A DNA stretch of 64,000 nucleotides from Octopus sinensis (lineage: Eukaryota): positions 73,842,001 through 73,906,000 of the forward strand of contig NC_043002.1 in assembly GCF_006345805.1 (NCBI RefSeq). Reading direction: 5' to 3'. Position 1 is the first letter of the stretch. Each line of letters opens with the position of its first letter. Shown here piece after piece: positions 1 through 11,583 of this stretch. The notes beneath the pieces are model-generated. The model was not told where the DNA came from. It ran no database searches and saw only the letters and a program-made list of their open reading frames with translations. A program made the position numbers and the translations under genes.

Positions 1-1566
1 ATGCTTAAGAGGGAAGGGGTTGTGCTCTGACAACCCCTCCCCATCCCCTCTGATTCTCCTGTCATCACACACTTTTGACATATTACCTTGAGGACATGCT
101 CTGACCCCTTATCATCATCATCATCATCATCTTATCTCTCCTCCACACACCACTCTACCCATCCATATAACATATCACTGCATCTCTTCCTCCCTTCCTG
201 CTACCCTTATCATTCTCTCTTTCACTAATCTCCTGACACTGCTTTTTCTTTTCTCCTTCCTATTACTACTGGGCCATCTTATCACATCACTATACCCACA
301 TGTATAACTCGGGATGCACTGCATTACTCCCCCATATTCTACCCCCTATCTCTTTCTCACACACACACTAACCCACAAACACTCATTTTCACTTTCCTTC
401 TCTATCAGTCTTTGTTAGTTGCTCCCCTACCATTCTCTCAACAATAAACCTGTGTAATTCCAATGCAATCTGTCTTAGATCCTGATGAACAGCATAACCT
501 ATGCTGGCATAACAGAAGGACTGAACCACTCCATCACTGGTTTCACCTACTCAACCCACTCCATTATTACCTCCTCATACTAATACCTGACATTACTAAC
601 CCCTTCCCCTTTCGTCTGTTTCTATTATACCCACTCCAACACTGTTCTCTTTGTTATTCTCTCCATCACCATCCTCTCATAATAAATCTGTTCAATCCAG
701 TACAGAGGCTCTTTCACACTGCAAGCTGCAAGGTGACCCTCAACATTGATGGTGCCACAAAAATCACCCATTACACACTGTAAAGGATTGGTAATTGATT
801 CAAGCTGCGACAAGGCAAGGCTTGAGAGTGTTCATTTGTCTTGCTAACAGCAATTCCACCTCTATAGTGCTGGTGCCATGAAAAACAGAGTTAGTACACT
901 CTGTAAAATAGTTAGTATTATGCTAAAACTGAGACATTGGAGCAAGATGCGATCCTCTAACCCAGTGAATCCTGTCAAACCATTCTACCCATACAAGCAT
1001 AGAAGATGGATGGTTGATGATGTGGTGGAAGAGATAAAAGAAACTTGCAATATTGATCTTACACTCTGAAGTCAAACAATCTACTCTAAATACTATTTGC
1101 ATGAGGAACAGAGACATTTTAAAATCCATGTTGGAACAGACTGGCTTGGTTATATGACAATTAGTAATTATTGCTGTGTAAAAGTCAATTAATTAAATCT
1201 ATAAATTAAACATCTATGATGTTAAGGTGCTGAACTAGAGATCATATGATCATACTTCACACCTTAACATAAACACTGCACTGAATTACTGGGAAGTAAC
1301 TATAACTGTCTCATAATTTCTGGCTGACAGCAGTATCACTTCTACTTCAAAGTTCAATTTTGAAGTGGGATGGGCAACTAAATGAAAAATAATTAATTGC
1401 ATCTAACTGAAAAATAATTGATTTCTATCTAAAAAAAGTTATGTTAGTTTCTCAACTCATTTCTTACTCACAAGTTAACATTTTACACTGAATAGAGTCA
1501 TACATAACATTTTCATCTCTAGTAGCTAAGGATTTTATGCACAATTACATACAATTTTAAAATTTT

Positions 1567-1770
1567 AAAATTCCTGGCTTTGGGTAAAATAAAATACAGG
1601 AAAATCAGTTAATTATTTTATTCAACACATTCGCCTCTCAGATTCACACACTTATTGCAGCAGTCTTTCAGTTTTCCTAAGCCCTGTAAAAGAACTTGGA
1701 AGGTTAGGCCTTCAACCAGGTCTTTTGCAATACCCTTAAAGCCAGGAACTTTTCAATCACGCACCTCGTA
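1567..1770. mobile_element. Mariner-like MITE, left end eroded
   Basis: aaaattcctggcttt (1567) is inverted to aaagccaggaactttt (1738); right end ...cacctcgta is mariner-style; abuts the Tc1. Confidence 0.6.
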
Positions 1771-1774
1771 TATA

Positions 1775-3364
1775 CAGTAGCGGCCATAATATAAGGACCA
1801 GTAAGAACAAGCGTATTGAAATATTTATTATAGAAGATTAACAAAACGTTCAGACTAGATATTTTACACATATTTAGATATATCTAATATCTATCTTTCA
1901 TGAAAATTTCAATTGAATGGAATAAATATTTTGTAAGTTATGAGGAAATAAATAATCTTCCAAAGTGCAACAACAAAACGTTAAGGGTCACTTAGAAAAA
2001 CCATGAAAAATGGAACAAGAACAAAAAAGAAAAACCCTTACTACTAATATTTTCTGACCATCCCTTTACTATCAATGACCTTCTGACATCTGTTACCACA
2101 GGACTGAATTAATTTCTTGCAAAATGATGAAGTAATATTGTTCCATTTGTTTTTCAATAATTCCAAGAGTTCATCTTGGTTCTCTGGATTTCTCCTTTGT
2201 GCCTCATCGCCAATAATCTTCCAAACGTTTTCTTTAGGGTTGAGATCGAGACTTTGAGGTGGCCAGCCCATGAGATCAACCCCTTCATCACTCAAACAAT
2301 CTTCGACTCTTTTCGCAGTGTGACAGGGAGCATTGTCCTGCATGAAGATAGGAGGTTGAACTGACGAGGGTCAGAGATATAGATGGGCATGCTGTCTGAG
2401 AATCTGTTTGCAGATTTCAGCATTGACAGTACCTTGTAGGGGAATAAATCGACCAGCAGCAGAGAACACTCCCCATACCATTACACTGCCTCCTCCATGT
2501 TCCACAGTCTTCTTCAAACATGCACAAGATAACTTTTTGCCACTTCTTCGCCAGACATACATCCTGCCATCAGAACCAATCACACTGAACTTTGATTAAT
2601 TGCTAAAATAAATCTGTGACCACTGTTCTTCTGTCCAAATGACATGCTCATGAGCAAAACGAAGACAGGCTCTTTGATTCTTCTTGGAGATCAGAGGTTT
2701 CTTTGCCGGTGCCTGAGCAAGCAACCTAGTACCTTGTAATCCCTGAGAAACTGTTTTGCTTGATACATTGACGTCAGAAGTGGAGCTAAACTCACGGGAT
2801 ATCTCAGCAACATTCTTAAACCTATCCCTTGTGACATTCTAACCATAATATGATTCTGTTTTACGTCTATCGGTTTGGGGTTTAGTGTCTGTCGAGTCTG
2901 ATGACTTGAAATGAACTACAATTCATTGTAGACCTTCCTACAGTAATTGCAATCACAGAATTTGACTTGTCCTCTTGGTGAAGGCACACAATCCTTTGTT
3001 TCCTATCACAGGACACTGGTTGTCTCTCACAAGCTGCCATGTTGACAGCTGAATGTTCCAATAATGTAAGATCATAAGAAGTAACTGCTTGCTCATTAAC
3101 AGTCTTCTAAACAACAAACACCTCGGTTAGTAGTTCATTCCTTCTAAGTGACCCTTAACTTTTGGCCACTGCAATTTGGAAGATTGTTTATTTCCTCATA
3201 ACTTACGAAATATTTATTCCATTCACTTGAAATTTTCATGAAAGATAGATATTAGATATATCTAAATATGTGTAAAATATCTAGTCTCAACGTTTTGTTA
3301 ATTCTCTATAATAACTATTTCAATAAACTTGTTCTTACTGGCCCTTATTTTATGGCTGCTACTG
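1775..3364 (-). mobile_element. Full-length decayed Tc1-family transposon (DD34E) with ~223-bp IR/DR-type TIRs
   Basis: TIRs 1775-1997 and 3142-3364 (CAGTAGC...); TA on the left, TG on the right; transposase motifs HGGGSVMVWG, QDNAPCH and WPPQSLDLNPKENVW with 34 residues between D and E. Confidence 0.95.
2044..3040 (-). pseudogene. Tc1 transposase pseudogene (frameshifts and stops)
   Basis: ATG at 3040; broken into ORFs 2371..2583 and 2044..2343; first catalytic motif FSDESK decayed to FSN*SK. Confidence 0.9.
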
Positions 3365-3366
3365 TG

Positions 3367-3370
<4 letters not shown>

Positions 3371-3410
<40 letters not shown>
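3371..3410. repeat. (TA)20 microsatellite at the Tc1 right end
   Basis: Direct reading. Confidence 0.95.
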
Positions 3411-3419
<9 letters not shown>

Positions 3420-5265
3420 ACACCAATGCACACAGACATCTCATATTTTACTTTTTATTCTGAGAGAGAAAGAAATGCTTCCAACAGAGGTTACATTACT
3501 CAAATCATTCTTCTATCTCTGAATCTTAATCATTCTTCTAAACAGTAGATCTTATCTCCAAATTCCAAGATTCTTACCCTATAGTTTTCAGCTGATTTTA
3601 AAATTTAATAAGGAATCTTCAATATTCAATTATAAGACAAGTTGTAAAACTGATACAGCTGATATTCTCTTTGACAAAAAAAAAAAAAAAAAGAGAAACT
3701 CACATGAATCTAGGTTTCAATTTTACCAATAAAATCCTCATAATCAACAGTGAGATGTCTTATTTGTTGGAACCAGATTCCAAAAATTTACACACAATTA
3801 TTTTTCTCAGATGTGAAATATTTATAAAAATAGACCATAGTAATAATGTAAAAGCCCAACAAACTGCTAAAGCTAAACCAAATTTGTTTAATGCAAGGCT
3901 GTTTCTTCCATGAATCAAACTCTTGTTCATGTCATAAACTTAATATGCCTTGTTATATCCACACTAATATATTATTTAATATAGTTTGTGTGTGTGTGTT
4001 TGTGTGTGCACTGTTATGCAACCAGTGTTACACAAAACTAGCCAATCAAATGTGGCTCTAAGGAAAATAACCTCACAGCCTAATTTGTTGAGAAATTTTA
4101 AAATCCTGAAACCAAAATAAACAATTAGGAACATTTTTCTTTAAACAAAAATGAGAAAAACTAATTAACATTTGTAAAAACCTAATTAGTTTTCTTTCCA
4201 ATCATATAAAATACAGTAAAAGAAAAAAAAATCTCAAAACTAATTAAAAGCTATTGGTAGTTTGTGTAAAATTTCCATAAAGCACAATTCTATAAAATTA
4301 GAGCATAAAATGAGACAGAAAATCCTTGAGGAAAAGATTATGTGTTACTATGAATAGCCATAAATGTTAGGAAGAAAAACATCAGAAAAAAATGGAACTT
4401 GAAATTATTTTGAGATCAATTAGATCAGTGTTCAATTTTAGAAACTATTGTATATAATTTGTATTAGCTTTCACACAATCAAACTCTCTTTCGTAAATAT
4501 TTGAACTGACTAGTACTTTGTCAAAACTATGTTTGTGGCAGCATTGTCAATCAATGAACTTTGCAGTAAAAACTTTTAGATATAAGTAGTGTCACACACA
4601 CAAAGACTATGAAGTATTTATGAAGAATAGAAGTTGAAAACAAAAGTGGCTGATATGTTCATATAAGAGTTCAGTTTTCTATGAAAACATAACCTCAAAG
4701 CGCATAGTAAATAGTTTGAAGGAATTTTTATTGGAGCATAGATATAGATATTTGAGGTTGCAGACAAGAAAAAATACAGTAATAAAAGGAAATCTTTTGC
4801 ATATGCAATAGCCCATCTTAAAAACTTACAGCTTAAGAAAAATAACAATAGATTGCACTCTCTTTAGAATGATTTGTTTGAAAGAATTTAGTGTAGACAG
4901 AATAATGTCCAGAAGCAAGACTACTATCTTCTTTCTTTTATTAGGATTTAAAATTGTTAAATATTATCTTGTTTGAAATACTTAATCCATAAAAATATTC
5001 AGGCCAACTTGACTGAAAAATCTCAACTATATATTCTCTTGAACAAACTTCACACTTAGAGAAATGAGAAATTAATCTTTGATGGTCAAAAGCCATTAGA
5101 CATGAAAGCAAAAGAAATCCATGTCAGTGCCAAGCAAGCCTGTTCTGAAAAGAGGGCAAAAAAGAAACAACAGTAATTATCAGTAATATTACAAAACAAT
5201 ACGTTGCCCAGTAATTCATAAATATTAAAATCAATGAACTTTGTAGCAAAATCTTTTAGATTTAA

Positions 5266-5476
5266 CCCTTTTGATACCAACTTGCCTAAAACTGCCTCTG
5301 ACTCTGTCTTGTTTTCAAAAGTTCTAAATTAAAATCTTCCACCAAACCTTACCCATAATTTATGTTCCTAACACTAGCTTAATGATAACTAAGTTATTTT
5401 ACTAAATCCTTTGTTTTATTTAAAATTAATTGAAAGAAACACAGAACATCTCAACAGAAATATGGTAACAAAAGGG
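5266..5476. mobile_element. piggyBac-like MITE (211 bp)
   Basis: TTAA on both sides; TIRs CCCTTTTGATACCA / TGGTAACAAAAGGG (13/14 match). Confidence 0.85.
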
Positions 5477-6193
5477 TTAAGTAGTAATTTATAAAAATAT
5501 AAACAAACTAGTTTCTGTTATTTAAGCACTTAAAATACTAAGAAACTAATTCTTGCTATCATCTGATCGTTCTAAAAATAGCCATAATCCCTTTCTCTTG
5601 TGAAAAGTTTTTAAAAAAATGAAAAACCAATAAAACAACACATATTTTGAAGTAAAACCAATAGAGAAATCTAATATCAAAGAAGCTTGAAGATATCAAG
5701 ACAGCTGCTAAGTGTAACAGATAAGATTAGAGGATTTTAAAATATTTTCAATTTAGACGTGAAAATAAATCTATACAATTTATATTAATAAAAATTCTAT
5801 ATCAATTAAACTCAACTTTTAACAAGAATTCGATTAATATGATATTTTACAATTGAAAATGTCATATTAAATTTTATGGTGTGAAGAGACTTGTTCTGTA
5901 GAAAACTACAAGCATATAAAAGAAAAGAAAAAGACAAGCAAAAAATAAAATAATTTGGGGGAGAAATGGAAACAAAGCAACAGATATAAAAAATAAAAAT
6001 ACAAGACATTTTATCTGTGATAGTAAATTGAATGCTTTCAGTCGTTTCTCCACTCAGCAGCCTGATATATATATATATATGGAGAGAGCAATATATATAT
6101 ATATTTATATTTGCAACAATATAAAAGAGAAAGCAGTAAAAGCAAAAGTTGAAAAATAGATGTAGTAGTTGGCATAGAGGCCTGCATACCTAC

Positions 6194-6238
6194 CTCATAA
6201 CTCTCAGCTGGCACTGAAGATAGCTCTTTATCACCACC
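6194..6238 (-). CDS. APBA1: 45-nt exon, phase 0-0 (GGDKELSSVPAESYE), PTB loop insert
   Basis: ttctccttcattctcctggccag|GGTGGT...TATGAG|gtaggt; open frame; an in-frame upstream acceptor gives exon start 6268. Confidence 0.75.
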
Positions 6239-9200
6239 CTGGCCAGGAGAATGAAGGAGAATAATAGGCTAGAGAATAACCAGTAATAATAGACAAAAGT
6301 TGATGTTTCTCATCTAGACCAGAATGCCCATGGTCAGGTAATCAATTTGAACTATCAACTAAAAGATAGCCCGGTTTCAAGAAAAACAATAGGTTAGCTA
6401 ATAGTTTGTTTAATTGCTAACCTAAATATTTAATACATACCTTACTAGGCATTCAGAATTACAAAATAATTTGAAAAGTAACAAATTCCTTGAAAATAAT
6501 TTATTTTTGTGGGAGAAGTTACATAAATTATTAAAATAGTATATTTTATCACTATTTTAATAGTCTATGAAGGTATTCTGAGTGAAGAATGAATTATCAG
6601 TTGTATGCATAAAAATTACATATTGATAGTCCGACAGTTTTGCAAAGCAGCTTCATATGAATGTCTCTAAAATATATTTAACTGAGTTCTGATGCAAATA
6701 AAAGCAGTTGCAATTTAATAGTTGGTATAAAACAAAAAAATAATCTGTTACTACAACTGAAGGGATAATTGATAGAACTAAAAAGCTCAGAACCTGACTA
6801 AGCTTATATTGAGGTAATAAACAAATTTAAAAAAAGAAGAAATGTTTAATAACATGAAAAATTAAAATAAACCATTTAACTGCAATATTATATGAAAGAA
6901 AAGACAAGATTTGCAAGAAGCAAATTGACAAAAATTTGTCATCATTCATTTAGTTTCTTGAATGTATGACTGAGATAAAGAAGCAGGGTATATGTTCTTT
7001 CCTAATTAAAAGACATAAAAACTTACAGACTTAATATGAGGATCCTAACATTTTCATCTTTAATTAATGAAGATTCTATTGTCAACTGATAAACTATGAA
7101 TTCATGAAATAAGCTTAAAACAAATTTTTAAGCATGAGACTTAATGAGATCAACAGTAAAAATATTAGCAAACAATGTCAGTAATAATTACTTAGGTTTT
7201 AGGAGTCAAATTTGTAAGGTTTCAGAACTGGAAAGCAAAGTAATGTGTTTGCAAAGCAATATTGATTAGAACTGGAAAGTTGGTCACAGACAGATTCATT
7301 GAAAATCTGTTGCCTAAACAGGACATCCACTACAAACTGTATTAATAAGGGGAAACTTATAAAATTGTTTTGCTTTCTCTTTATTTGTCTATTTGTATCC
7401 TCAGTTTGAGGTTTTAAATTATCAAAGTCATAAGAATGTCATTAGCTGGGTTGCCTTGTTCAATTCATTCTGGCTCTCTGTGTTAAAATCTTATTGAGAT
7501 CAGTTTTACCTTTCATCCTTTCAATATTGATAAATAAAAGTAATAATTCAATATTGAGCTGATTCTTATTTCTCTTTGTCAATTTCACTCTTTCTCTGAC
7601 AGCACATGTAATTCAAAGATCCTCCTTGTCATAGACTAACATGCTGATCTGACATGAGAATTATAGTAACGATATATATGTCTATGGAATACTCTATCAC
7701 TTGCAAGTTTATTTCACAAATAAGAATGCAGTTGATTAAACAACACTGAATGCTCATTGTCAAAAGAATTCACCATCCTATGCATATGTTTAGAGAAGTA
7801 AAACAGCCGAGTTAATAAGAGATGACTTTTGAGGAAATATCAAATCTCAAGTGTGTGTGTACATAAGTTAAGTGAGATGATGGTGCTTCACATTTTCTAT
7901 TTTTATTATTATTACATACTGTATTTTGTGAACAACAATGTTATTGGTTTCCAACGGGTTTCCAGCAAGCCATTCATTGGTTCGCTGCACACCTTAACTT
8001 AACCAAGAACATAATTCAAGTGAAACTGAAAACCTATTCTTTAATATTAATCATATTGTTGATATCAATAAGATGAGTGTTATGAGAACATTTAATTTTA
8101 TATTTAAATGTACTTTCTGCTACTGAACAAAGTTGGAACAATACTTATTTTGACAGCCAGGTAAATGGAACCAAGTATTGTTAGGGGCTTTGTATAAAAT
8201 TAGCAACAAGGAATGGAAACTGGACAGTAAAGTTTGAATCTATTACTATGAAGTCAATAATTTTACATCTAAATATCACAGCCATTGTGCTCTGTCTTTT
8301 CTGTTTTGTCAATAGACTCAACAATATTTTCTTTGCATTTAGTCAGAGCAGCTGTTATTTTTTATTTTTTTTTTTACATTAGGTACTGTGGTTAATGTGC
8401 CTATGTATAACATACACTAAATATAACAAACTTTTAATTTACAATGAATTTTATTTCAGCCATATTTAAAATTGATTAAAAGTAAAAGCCTTGTACATAT
8501 TACAAAACCTACAAATAATGGCCTTCAACTTTTTGTGCTAGTACAACTTTAGGATAGCAATTATTTCTTTATTCTTTATGTATAATTTTGACTTTTTATA
8601 TAGGCACAAGGCCATGAATTTTAAGGTTATAGAAGATTAGGTCAAATGCACTACTTGACAAGTACATGTTATATCAAATGAAATTTGAACTGAGAACATA
8701 CGGGGGGGGGGGGCAGAGGGAGAGAGAGAGAGAGAGAGATCTGTCGTGAGCCCTATGACTCAAAGTCAGAGCTTAACCAGTTTCCCATGGCTTATAAATG
8801 CACGAGATTACAACACCACCACTCCCTGAATGAGATGCTGGTCCACCACAGGGTTAACTTTTCAGCTATTGTTTGAACTCATTTACAACTGAGTGGACTG
8901 GAGCAAGGTGAAATGAAATGCATCACCTGGTCAGAAAATCAAAACCATGGACTTGATTGAGTACACACCCTAACCACCAGGCCATGCACTTTCACCCCTA
9001 ATCACTAGGCCTTGCACTTTCACAGAACATAATTGAATGCAATTAAATACCTTAAAGTATTTAATCTATCGCACAACAGAATCTATTAGCCAGTGCTTTC
9101 AGTAACCTTTAGTGGTAGTTTATAAATTTCCAGCAAGACTAGAGTTTTAAGGAAAGCAGCATAGTAGATTTTATCAACTCAAAGGGATGAAAAGTGAAGT

Positions 9201-10194
9201 TGACCTTGAAGAGAATTGAATTCATTACATACAGAGAAATAAATAAATGCAACAAGACATTAAGTTAAGAATTATAACTAATGATTTCTAAATACTAATA
9301 ATAAAATAGTATGCAACTTTCCTAAAAATTATTAGGCATGAAATTTAAGATTTAGTGGGAGATGGAAAACAGAAAATTGTCATGCTCATGCCTTTTCCAA
9401 GAACAATATCAATGGTAAGTAAAAGAAAATCTCCAAAATGGAAATCAAAACTAGGCTATGTGGTTAGGTTGCCAGATACATGCCATGGTGATGATACTAC
9501 TACAGAATTATTGAAGGGAGGGGAAAAGGTCATGCTGTTCAATTACAGAAAAGAAACAAAAAGCTCTTTTCTCTCAGTATTGAGCAGAACATGTAATGAA
9601 AAGGGTTGTATTAAAGAGTGAAATGATAAAGGGAAATAAAAGAAGAAAACTAACAACACATTAGGAAATTAAGAAAGGTACCACATATTCTAAAAATATG
9701 TGAATCTTAAAAGTCACACTGAGAGTTAAACAGCGAACAGAACCTTGGTAAAACTCTTTTGAAAAAATAAAAGAGGTCCATTAATAAATAATGGACACTT
9801 AATTTAAGAACATATATATGGCTATCAATTACCAAATAGTAATAGAATTGACTCTTAGAGAAAATTTATGGATTATAAAGGATAAACCAATTTTACCATA
9901 TTCTTGGTAAAATTTCACAAAATGTTAATGCAAAAGAGAATTTTTGACTTGAGTATGAAAGTTCCTCACAAATATATATCTTAGATTTAAGGCTTCTTTG
10001 TTTAGAATATTTCCAATACTAGTCATGAAGTAGTTAATAATTTTAGAAACATGTTCACTTGAAAACACTTGTAATGATAATCTATAAGTGTGTGTACAGA
10101 TTGAAAAAAAGAGTACAGAGAAAGAGAGTATTATAAGTGTTAGAGGAATATATTATGATTGGCTTTGATAATTATAAGCATTTGCAACAGTAAA

Positions 10195-11583
10195 CACTGG
10201 TCAACAAAGAATTTCCATTGGGGAGTATATTTAAGTGAATCAGAAAGCACTTTTGAAGCTATCTTCAGTTTTTCAGAAGAACAAAGTTTTTGAGATTAGA
10301 CCAATTGTATTTTTTTACAGATATATTTTGAAATATTTTCTATTCTTTAGAATAGTCAATCAGACCATTACCATTTAATCAACATTCCTCATAAATGTAA
10401 AAATCATCCAGAACACAGTTAAACTATCACTAGAGATCTATATATATACTAGATATAGTTTGGTTGCTGTATAGGAGACCAAGAAAAGCAGTGGGTACCA
10501 CTTAAAATCTGCACTGTTTGATCATGTGGACTATTTGAATGATTAAAAAAAAAAAATTAAGAAACAATCAATGCTTTGCCACAGACAATGGAGTCATGTA
10601 ACAAAAGATCATTGTTAAATGCAACTGGCCAATAAGGTCACCATGTGTCCCATGAATAAACAGTTTCAAGTCTGTCCTCTTAGTTGACCCCAAGAAGATA
10701 TTTTTACCATGTATCCATATTATATTTAATTTAATGAAAGATTTTGTAAAAACAGTGGGTAAAATCAATTCAAAAGGATTTGAATACCATTCCAAGGAAA
10801 ATTTCCAAATGTGAGTGCAAAGAGTGGACTTTTGTGGGGCTGCAGATCAATGGGGTTTTAAAAAGTACTGAATTTGAACAAATGCTCAAGACACTGGAAT
10901 TACCAGCTTGGAAAGCTTTTGAGTGGTTATATGAAAACTTTCTGAGAAATAAATTCCCTGGATATAGAAGTGTGATTGAGAAACTCCTTGACACCTATAA
11001 AGAAATGGGTGTAATCATCATCATCATTTAACATCCATTTTCCATTCTGGCATGGGCGGGATAGTTTGACAGGGGCTGGTTAGGCAGAAGACAGCACCAG
11101 GCTTCACTGTCTGCTTTGGCAAGGTTTTTACAACTAAATGCCCTTTCTAACACCAACCACCTTACATTTCTAATAGTCTCATTAAATTTCTTTCAAGAAA
11201 ATCTTGATGCCATTAGCAAAGAGTAAGAAGAATGATTCCATCAATATAGTTATGTAATAGAAACTTGATAGCAGGGATTTTGGAATGGAGGCATTATAAT
11301 GTATATTCTCCACAAACATGTGTAGTGTATTTAATTGAATCTACCATATAAAAGTAAGGTTAAAATTAATTATGTTTGAATTAATCAACTGTAGGCTGTT
11401 TCAGTTCAAGTGATATACAAATTCTGCATAAAATGCTATTTAAAATACTGTAAATATTTTTAAAAAATGAGATAAAAGAAACTGTTAAAGTCCAAAAATG
11501 CTAAAGAAAGACTTAGAATTCCTGCCAAGGATGCAATTGGATGCATCTCTGAAGAAAAAATAGTTTATTTTTGTTGACCAGTG
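10195..11583 (+). mobile_element. Internally deleted, decayed DNA transposon, probably CMC-Chapaev3
   Basis: Perfect 14-bp TIRs CACTGGTCAACAAA; remnants LVDPKKIFLP..LMKDFVK, FVGLQI, AWKAF..NFL, LLDTYKEMG, FQENLDAIS..FHQ; family name assigned from memory of these motifs. Confidence 0.75.
11014..11165 (-). mobile_element. RTE-tail SINE fragment nested in the Chapaev-like transposase
   Basis: (ATC)n-tttaacatccattttcca..catggg is the reverse complement of the RTE 3' tail at 21340-21399; interrupts the transposase after KEMG. Confidence 0.8.

Noticed and set aside
463-1129. Short ORFs at the window start
   Set aside because: They lie in a low-complexity spacer and RTE-type SINE tail; no PTB continuation exon was found here.
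8968-9023. 28-bp tandem duplication
   Set aside because: Local duplication of a SINE 5' end; no evidence of function.
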